From an uncultured Clostridia bacterium (lineage in GTDB: Bacteria; Bacillota; Clostridia; Christensenellales; UBA1242), in NCBI GenBank assembly GCA_944377825.1, contig CALWGA010000050.1, positions 329 to 64,328 on the forward strand: DNA of 64,000 nucleotides, given 5' to 3'. Below are positions 57,752 through 64,000 of the stretch, piece after piece. Every line of letters starts with the position of its first letter. The stretch's first letter is position 1. The notes under the pieces are model-generated. The model was not told the DNA's origin and ran no database searches. It was given only the letters and a program-made list of their open reading frames with translations. The translations under genes and the position numbers were made by a program.

Positions 57752-59269
57752 TTAATTGGTCTTTTGATAATATACGATAACGTTGGTATCCTCAGCAAGC
57801 GGAAAAGCAATATCAGGATTTTGAAGCATCAAAACATCCTCTCTCACTTTAAATTGCTTTGCAATATCCCATGCTTCCATGCCAGTTTTCGCGTAGATAA
57901 GTTCGATTGAGCAATCTCTTTCGATGACATCTCCAGACAGGTTTGCGTCACTTATGACGGCACAGATTTCGTCGCAATCGTAACTTGCAAAGATTCTTAA
58001 TTTGCCGTCGAAGAACAAGTCTCTACCCTTCTTCGCAATCACGTCGACATCATTCAAAACTGCACATATGTTGATTTCAGTATTTTCGCATGAAACGCTT
58101 GTTTTGTCACTGACAACAAATGGCACTTCCATCGTCACAGAATGAAGAGAATTTTCTTCGTCATTGAGATAAACCACATTTGCCTTCACCACGCCCTCAA
58201 CAAAAAGTTCGCCGTTTTGGATATAAGAATTAGAAATTGTGAGATTCGTGCCAGCCACAAACAAAAGTTTGTCAACTCTTGGATGCTCTTCACCTAAATT
58301 CAAATTTCCGTCAATCTTAGTTTCAAAATAATCGCACTGCAACTCTTTCGTCATGTCAAAGGACTCGGTCGAAACCTCCATACCCTCTCTGCAACTATAA
58401 AGGTCTTTGATGACACTGCAAGGCTTTTCTTCAAACGCACACACTTTAAGGCAGACAGGAATGTTGGTTTTAATTAAAACTCCACGCTCTTGCTCTTCAA
58501 CCTCGCATTTAACTTGGCTACGTTTGACGAACGCCACTGCTTCGGCAACGGAATCTCTGGTCACTCCGTCAAGTTCCACCTCTTCTTTGAAATTTTCGCT
58601 TAAATATGAGGTTTCATAGCGGTCGTTCTCTGTGAGATACAAAAGTCTCCCAACCACCTCGCCGCTGACAGCAACAAAGTTGTTTCCACATTCCACATTC
58701 TTAACTGACACCGACGCATCGCAAAGCATAATCTTTCTCACTGGCTCTTTGATGGATACTTCGCTGTCAACCGAGAACACGCTTGACACATCGCCCACAT
58801 ATGTGCTGACAAAAATCTCTTCTTTTTTAGCACAGATATTGTCGTCATTGACATCAATTGTGGAGATATCTTTGTTTGTTATCACCACGCCCTTTTGTAC
58901 AAGCCTACAATTAATTTTGACGTTGGAATTTGTGGCACTCTCAATCGAATAGTCGACAACCTCGCACGAAATTTGCACCTTGTCGCCGACCGCCAAGTTC
59001 TCGTCCTCAATTTTGGAAGAAAACGGACAGGTATAGTTACTTGTCACAATCTCGCCGTTTGCCGATTCATACAAAATGCAAAAGTCGATGTTGCCTGTGT
59101 AGTTCACAGAGCCTGACGCCACCTCCACATTTTCGACTTCAGCCGAGTGACAAACAGAAAAAATCTTGGTTATCTCGCCTTCGACTGGCACATTGCACTC
59201 TACATTAAACTCGCTCTTTGGTAACCTTCTTTTCTTTACCACCTTAAAAGTATTTTTCTCAAAAGACAT
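57752..59269 (-). CDS. SipL/SpoVID-like spore-coat morphogenetic protein (DUF3794/SPOCS repeats plus C-terminal LysM)
   Basis: 505 aa. The C-terminus IELIYAKTGMEAWDIAKQFKVREDVLMLQNPDIAFPLAEDTNVIVY is LysM-like. Size and layout resemble clostridial SipL. Confidence 0.5.
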   Translation of the reverse strand: MSFEKNTFKVVKKRRLPKSEFNVECNVPVEGEITKIFSVCHSAEVENVEVASGSVNYTGNIDFCILYESANGEIVTSNYTCPFSSKIEDENLAVGDKVQISCEVVDYSIESATNSNVKINCRLVQKGVVITNKDISTIDVNDDNICAKKEEIFVSTYVGDVSSVFSVDSEVSIKEPVRKIMLCDASVSVKNVECGNNFVAVSGEVVGRLLYLTENDRYETSYLSENFKEEVELDGVTRDSVAEAVAFVKRSQVKCEVEEQERGVLIKTNIPVCLKVCAFEEKPCSVIKDLYSCREGMEVSTESFDMTKELQCDYFETKIDGNLNLGEEHPRVDKLLFVAGTNLTISNSYIQNGELFVEGVVKANVVYLNDEENSLHSVTMEVPFVVSDKTSVSCENTEINICAVLNDVDVIAKKGRDLFFDGKLRIFASYDCDEICAVISDANLSGDVIERDCSIELIYAKTGMEAWDIAKQFKVREDVLMLQNPDIAFPLAEDTNVIVYYQKTN

Positions 59270-59383
59270 AACACCTCCAAAACACTCACTTGTTTGATAT
59301 GATAATATATTGAAAAGCGGTTTAACTTAGAACAAAAATGTTTAAAATTTTTCTTTTAAGTCAAAAATAATAGCGAGGATATT

Positions 59384-59608
59384 ATGAGAAAAGCGATATA
59401 TGGTTTAAATGAAATTAAAGATAAAATAAAAAATTTGAAAGGTCAAAGCGTGACGCTCTCGATAAATCGCGGACGAAAAAAGATAGACACCGTAACTGCC
59501 ACGATTAACGATGTCTATCCAAGCGTTTTCACAATTAAAGTGGATGAAAAACTGCAAACCTTTTCCTATTTTGATGTGCTATGCGGAGATGTTGTGTTCG
59601 ATAACTAA
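59384..59608 (+). CDS. veg: Veg protein (DUF1021)
   Basis: 74 aa. ...IKDKIKNLKGQSVTLSINRGRKKIDTVTATINDVYPSVFTIKVD... is colinear with Bacillus Veg. Confidence 0.8.
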   Translation: MRKAIYGLNEIKDKIKNLKGQSVTLSINRGRKKIDTVTATINDVYPSVFTIKVDEKLQTFSYFDVLCGDVVFDN

Positions 59609-60841
59609 TTAAAAGTCTTTACCATCCAGCGAACGAGGATTGCCATTTCTAAAATGCTTATGTGCGCCTCTTTCTAAGTCAGTTTGCGTAAATGCATTTT
59701 TGTCATGATGATAGTTTGTTCCATCTTCAATTATCTTACGAATGCCAGCGCGAACTCCTTCCTTGTGCGCTTCTTCTTGTGCTTTCTTTAATTCTTCTTC
59801 ATATTCAGCACGCTTTTTGTCGATTATAGCGTGAAATTTTTTGTTTTCTATATTTAAAACTTGTTCTTCAATTTCTTCTTCAGACAACCCTGCATCTATA
59901 TATGGTTCACTTAACTCTATCAAATATGATGCAAATTCTTGATGGATTTTGTTCATCTCTTCACTGCCTTTAACAAAATTTTCAGCAGGATAACTTCTCA
60001 CTCTTTCATAAATTTCTGGTTCTTTCGTTTTTTCTTCACTTTCAGTATTTTTTGCTTCAGTTACATAAGTCTCACCATTTTCTTTAGCAATTTTAGCGTT
60101 AATATAATCAAGCACCCCTTGCCTAATAACAGAAAGAGAACTATCTTTGTCGCTTATGGCTTTTGCTTGCATATTGTTCATTGCCTTTTTATTTAAACTT
60201 ACAAAATCTCCAACTGTGGTTATTCCTCTATCTTTTAAATACTTCGAAAATTTCAATCCCTTATCAGTTTTTGGAACAAATATATCTAATGGTGTTTCAT
60301 CGTGAGCAAATTTAACTTTAAGGACTGGGTCGATTTTTTTATAAAACTTTCGCTTCATTTGTCTCGCTTTGTTACCTTTTGGTTCATCAAATAAATTAGC
60401 ATAACTTTTGCCCGCTATCAAATCTTCCTCATGCTCTGAGTGTTCTGGTTTGTCCACCACTGCCTGCTTGCCAAGAACTGAACTATCAATTTTTGCCATA
60501 ACCTCTTTGTTATAGATTACATGCGCCGCTTCAGATAAATTTCTAATAAGTCTGTTAAAATTTTCCTTTCGCACTCTTGCTTCACTATCCATAAATGTTG
60601 GATTGAATTTGGTTAGCATATATTCTAAATTTTGTTCATAAACAAAAAACTCTGGGTAACTTTTAAAACATTCAACCGCTTTTGTTGAATTACACTCTTT
60701 GCTAACTTTCAATCTTCCTGCATGCATTCTACTTGCAAAATCTACAGCATCCTTTGCAGTTGACCATCTCTCCTTTTGTAATATAATATCAACCCAATAC
60801 TGAATAGGTTGATCAGCAAACGAAATACGATTAGTTCCCAT
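59609..60841 (-). CDS. Hypothetical 410-aa protein (orphan cassette 2)
   Basis: Start set to ATG 60841 (GGAGG RBS 5 nt upstream; the track start at 60853 lies inside the RBS). No signal peptide. There is a possible helix-hairpin-helix segment, LKDRGITTVGDFVSLNKKAMNNM. Its stop abuts the veg stop. Confidence 0.6.
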   Translation of the reverse strand: MGTNRISFADQPIQYWVDIILQKERWSTAKDAVDFASRMHAGRLKVSKECNSTKAVECFKSYPEFFVYEQNLEYMLTKFNPTFMDSEARVRKENFNRLIRNLSEAAHVIYNKEVMAKIDSSVLGKQAVVDKPEHSEHEEDLIAGKSYANLFDEPKGNKARQMKRKFYKKIDPVLKVKFAHDETPLDIFVPKTDKGLKFSKYLKDRGITTVGDFVSLNKKAMNNMQAKAISDKDSSLSVIRQGVLDYINAKIAKENGETYVTEAKNTESEEKTKEPEIYERVRSYPAENFVKGSEEMNKIHQEFASYLIELSEPYIDAGLSEEEIEEQVLNIENKKFHAIIDKKRAEYEEELKKAQEEAHKEGVRAGIRKIIEDGTNYHHDKNAFTQTDLERGAHKHFRNGNPRSLDGKDF

Positions 60842-60865
60842 AACTACCTCCAATCTACGTTTTAG

Positions 60866-60895
60866 ATTATATCACACTCCCCCCCCACTTGTCAA
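60866..60895 (-). promoter_or_regulatory. Consensus promoter with a G8 tract in an 18-bp spacer
   Basis: Minus strand reads TTGACA (60895-90) - AGT GGGGGGGG AGTGTGA - TATAAT (60871-66), with a TGA extended -10 and a 24-nt leader to ATG 60841. The tract is the plus-strand C8 at 60879-60886. Confidence 0.7.
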
Positions 60896-61103
60896 TAGGC
60901 AGTTTTTATAATTTACATCAAATTATAAACAAATCTATAAAAATAAAAAATCTTACAAATCAAAAAGTGTAAGATTATTTAAAAATATAAAAATGAAAGT
61001 AAAAATAATTTAAATATAAAGAGTGCTTTTCTCTATATTTTAACAAATAACACGACTCAACACCCCATTTTGTCAAATCAAACTAAATATTTTTCAAAAC
61101 CCC

Positions 61104-61132
61104 TTGACAACTCCCCCCCCCGATGTTATAAT
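61104..61132 (+). promoter_or_regulatory. Consensus promoter with a C9 tract in a 17-bp spacer
   Basis: TTGACA (61104-09) - ACT CCCCCCCCC (61113-21) GATGT - TATAAT (61127-32), with a TGT extended -10 and a 25-nt leader containing AGGAGG to ATG 61158. Confidence 0.7.
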
Positions 61133-61157
61133 GAGATTGAAATTCAAGGAGGAAAAT

Positions 61158-61682
61158 ATGAAAAGTTATAACGAAATAAAATCATATAACGAAATTTATA
61201 AAATAAACTATAAAACCAATGAGATAATAGACCGAGAAACAGGTAAAGTGCTCAAATTTTCAGATAGTAAAGCCGACAAACTTCAAGAAAGAGAAATTTG
61301 GTATAATCTTGCTCTTTACAGATTATGCACTTCACCAGGAAAACATTTAGTTGGAGATGAAGCACAGGATGCTTACAATGCACGCATAACCGAATTAATG
61401 ATACCTATAGTAGAAGATTTTGAAAAATTGGTAGCGACAAGTACCACAAAAAAAGGTGTAAACATATCAGGAGAACAAATAAAAGCACTTGAAGATAAAC
61501 ATTCATCGGAATTCAAATACACAAATGAAATAGTAAAATGCTTAACAACAAACCCATTTGTTTTAAAGGGAATAATTGACTATACCTTAGAAACAGATTT
61601 AGATTTAAAGCAATTTGGCGATTTATCTCTTTTTGGATTTACAACCACTCACCGACCAGTCGATGTTGAAATCAAAAGATAA
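61158..61682 (+). CDS. Hypothetical 174-aa protein (orphan cassette 3)
   Basis: The track ORF 61104..61682 starts at the TTG of the -35 box. The real start is ATG 61158 with an AGGAGG RBS, giving MKSYNEIKSYNEIYK... No motif recognised. Confidence 0.6.
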   Translation: MKSYNEIKSYNEIYKINYKTNEIIDRETGKVLKFSDSKADKLQEREIWYNLALYRLCTSPGKHLVGDEAQDAYNARITELMIPIVEDFEKLVATSTTKKGVNISGEQIKALEDKHSSEFKYTNEIVKCLTTNPFVLKGIIDYTLETDLDLKQFGDLSLFGFTTTHRPVDVEIKR

Positions 61683-61724
61683 AATAATTGTAAAATCTTA
61701 TTGCAAAAAATTTCTCAAACAAAA

Positions 61725-61753
61725 AAGTCAAACAAAAATGTTCGACTTTTTTT
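61725..61753 (+). terminator. Terminator of orphan cassette 3
   Basis: AAGTCAAAC-aaaaat-GTTCGACTT (one mismatch) followed by a T-run. Confidence 0.55.
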
Positions 61754-61850
61754 GTTATTTATATATAACTTTTTATGTAAATAAACTTTCAATTAAACAA
61801 TCATATTAATTTGTTTTATTTATAAGAAATCAATTTATATTTTTATAACA

Positions 61851-61890
61851 AAAAACCTAGATAGTATATTTCTATATGTCTAGGCTTTTT
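61851..61890. terminator. Bidirectional hairpin downstream of ppdK
   Basis: AAAAA-CCTAGA...TCTAGG-CTTTTT: an imperfect palindrome with A-run and T-run flanks, about 50 nt after the ppdK stop. Confidence 0.45.
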
Positions 61891-61939
61891 ATTATTAATT
61901 TTTAATCAACATGCATTATCACAAACATGCAAAATTTGC

Positions 61940-64000
61940 TTACTTCTTTCTTGGATATTTGATATTTGCTTGCGCTGCAGCAAGGCGTGCGATTGGCACA
62001 CGATATGGCGAGCAAGAAACATAGTTAAGTCCAATTCTATGGCAGAACTCAACGGATGATGGGTCACCACCATGCTCACCGCAGATGCCAAGTTTGATAT
62101 CTGGACGAGTGCTTCTTCCAAGTTCAGCAGCAATTCTCACAAGTTTACCAACTCCATTTTGGTCAAGGCGAGCAAATGGGTCGCTTTCAAAAATCTTCTT
62201 TTCATAGTAAACATCTAAGAATTTAGCGGCATCGTCACGAGAGAAACCGTAGGTCATTTGTGTTAAGTCGTTTGTTCCGAATGAGAAGAATTCCGCATAT
62301 TTTGCAATTTGGTCAGCGGTGATTGCGGCTCTTGGAATTTCAATCATATTGCCGACTTTATACTGCATCTCCACTTTCTTTTCTGCAAGAATTTTATCAG
62401 CGATGTCAGTTACGATGTCCTTAACATACTTAAATTCTTTGCTGTCGCAAGTGAGTGGAATCATGATTTCAGGAACAACCTTGTATCCCTCTTCCTTTTC
62501 AACCTCGATGGCAGCGGTGATAACAGCCTCGGTCTGCATTCTTGCGATTTCTGGATATGTGACAGCAAGTCTAAGTCCGCGGTGTCCCATCATAGGGTTG
62601 AATTCGTGCAAACTTTCAACAGTTGCCTTCAAACTTTCGAAAGTGAGTTTCATCTCTTTTGCAAGCGCTCTAATTTCGTCATCTTCGTGTGGTAAGAACT
62701 CATGAAGAGGTGGATCTAGGAAACGAATGGTCACTGGACGACCTTTCATAGCCTTGAATATTCCCTTAAAGTCTTTCTTCTGCATTGGAAGAAGTTTTTT
62801 AAGAGCTTTTTCTCTTTCAGCAGTTGTGGAAGATACTATCATTTCTCTAACAGCTGGAATTCTGTCTGCTTCAAAGAACATATGTTCTGTTCTGCATAGT
62901 CCAACGCCCTCTGCACCGAATGAGAAAGCAACTGAGGCATCACGAGGATTGTCAGCGTTTGTTCTTATGTTTAATTTTCTATATTTATCAGCCCACTCCA
63001 TGATTGTGGCAAATTCGCCAGAGATTTTAGCAGACTCTGTTTCAATAGCACCATCATAGATTTTACCAGTTGAACCATCGAAAGAAATTACATCGCCTTC
63101 CTTATATTTCTTTCCGCCAAGTTCAAAAAATTTTCCGTCATCAGCGAATTTAATAGCGGAGCAACCTGCAACACAGCAAGTTCCCATACCACGAGCAACA
63201 ACGGCAGCGTGAGAGGTCATACCGCCACGAGCGGTTAAGATACCTTGGCTTGCAGCCATACCTTCAATATCTTCTGGGCTTGTTTCAAGGCGGACAAGCA
63301 CAACCTTTTCCTTCTTTCCTTGCTCTTTTGCCTTTTCAGCGGTAAAGCAAATCTTACCACTTGCAGCGCCAGGAGAAGCAGGAAGAGCCTCGCCTATAAC
63401 TTTTGCCTTCTTAAGAGCCTCAGCGTTGAAAGTTGGGTGAAGAAGCGCGTCAAGTTGTTTAGGGTCAAGCATCAAAAGTGCTTGTTTTTCGGAGATTTTA
63501 CCTTCTTTCACAAGGTCAACAGCAATTTTGAGCGCAGCCTTTGCTGTTCTCTTGCCGTTTCTTGTTTGAAGCATATAGAGTTTGCCCCTTTCAATTGTGA
63601 ACTCCATATCCTGCATATCTTTATAGTGGTCTTCAAGTTTTGTGGCAATAGCAACAAATTCCTTGTAAACTTCTGGATTTTGTTCTTCAAGTTTAGCGAT
63701 TGGTTGAGGTGTTCTAATTCCAGCAACAACATCCTCACCCTGTGCGTTCATAAGATATTCGCCATAGAGCGTGTTCTCGCCAGTTGCAGGATTTCTTGTG
63801 AAAGCAACGCCTGTGCCAGAGTCCTCGCCCATGTTACCGAACACCATCGATTGAACGTTGACAGCCGTTCCCCAACTGTATGGAATGTCGTGCATTCTTC
63901 TATATACATTTGCTCTTTCGTTATCCCATGACCTAAACACCGCTTTAACTGCCTCAATAAGTTGAACCTTAGGCTCCTGTGGGAACTCTTGTTTTTGACT
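61940..64000 (-). CDS. ppdK: Pyruvate, phosphate dikinase (N-terminus beyond window end)
   Basis: The frame stays open past the listed Met to base 64000 (...AVKAVFRSWDNERANVYRR). Phospho-His region GGMTSHAAVVARGMG, and PEP-utilising C-terminal domain with CGEHGGDP. Confidence 0.93.
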   Translation of the reverse strand, partial: SQKQEFPQEPKVQLIEAVKAVFRSWDNERANVYRRMHDIPYSWGTAVNVQSMVFGNMGEDSGTGVAFTRNPATGENTLYGEYLMNAQGEDVVAGIRTPQPIAKLEEQNPEVYKEFVAIATKLEDHYKDMQDMEFTIERGKLYMLQTRNGKRTAKAALKIAVDLVKEGKISEKQALLMLDPKQLDALLHPTFNAEALKKAKVIGEALPASPGAASGKICFTAEKAKEQGKKEKVVLVRLETSPEDIEGMAASQGILTARGGMTSHAAVVARGMGTCCVAGCSAIKFADDGKFFELGGKKYKEGDVISFDGSTGKIYDGAIETESAKISGEFATIMEWADKYRKLNIRTNADNPRDASVAFSFGAEGVGLCRTEHMFFEADRIPAVREMIVSSTTAEREKALKKLLPMQKKDFKGIFKAMKGRPVTIRFLDPPLHEFLPHEDDEIRALAKEMKLTFESLKATVESLHEFNPMMGHRGLRLAVTYPEIARMQTEAVITAAIEVEKEEGYKVVPEIMIPLTCDSKEFKYVKDIVTDIADKILAEKKVEMQYKVGNMIEIPRAAITADQIAKYAEFFSFGTNDLTQMTYGFSRDDAAKFLDVYYEKKIFESDPFARLDQNGVGKLVRIAAELGRSTRPDIKLGICGEHGGDPSSVEFCHRIGLNYVSCSPYRVPIARLAAAQANIKYPRKK

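Noticed and set aside
59600-59615. The abutting stop codons of convergent veg and cassette-2 genes (TAA|TTA) as a possible fused or overlapping regulatory element.
   Set aside because: It is simply a zero-length convergent junction with no hairpin or conserved motif. I note only that no terminator separates the two genes.

Overview
AT-rich chromosomal segment from an endospore-forming Firmicute, Clostridia-like; I cannot fix the taxon from sequence alone. It holds about 50 genes, almost all on the minus strand. Core content: the start of the str operon (rpsL-rpsG-fusA), glmS, ftsA-ftsZ, serS, rpoB and rpoC, a long RelA/SpoT-type enzyme, recJ, cell-wall genes (murC, murF, ddl, ftsQ-like) and many sporulation genes (spoIIGA-sigE, spoVG, spoIIR, sleB-ypeB, a SipL-like gene, veg). 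Unusual content: (1) Three orphan gene cassettes have consensus sigma-A promoters with a C8, C9 or G8 homopolymer tract inside the -35/-10 spacer, so they are candidate phase-variable promoters. A fourth tract (G9) lies at the 3' end of another orphan CDS. (2) A membrane-anchored VirB4-family ATPase sits 14 nt upstream of a 3,678-aa lipoprotein with Big_2-like and GLUG-type repeats, and no other conjugation genes are present. (3) Two paralogous small ORFs are inserted between rpoB and rpoC. (4) Two inverted ~230-nt copies of a structured element, with compensatory base changes, flank glmS-ftsZ-ftsA. (5) A Type II restriction-modification (R-M) island lies beside tRNA-Leu, and its R gene is split at an A8 tract. 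(6) Terminator-containing leaders precede rpsL and rpoB, and a perfect four-way-junction RNA fold lies between rpsL and rpsG. I recognised no rRNA, CRISPR array, transposase or integrase. All calls come from reading the sequence and ORF translations by eye; no database search was possible.
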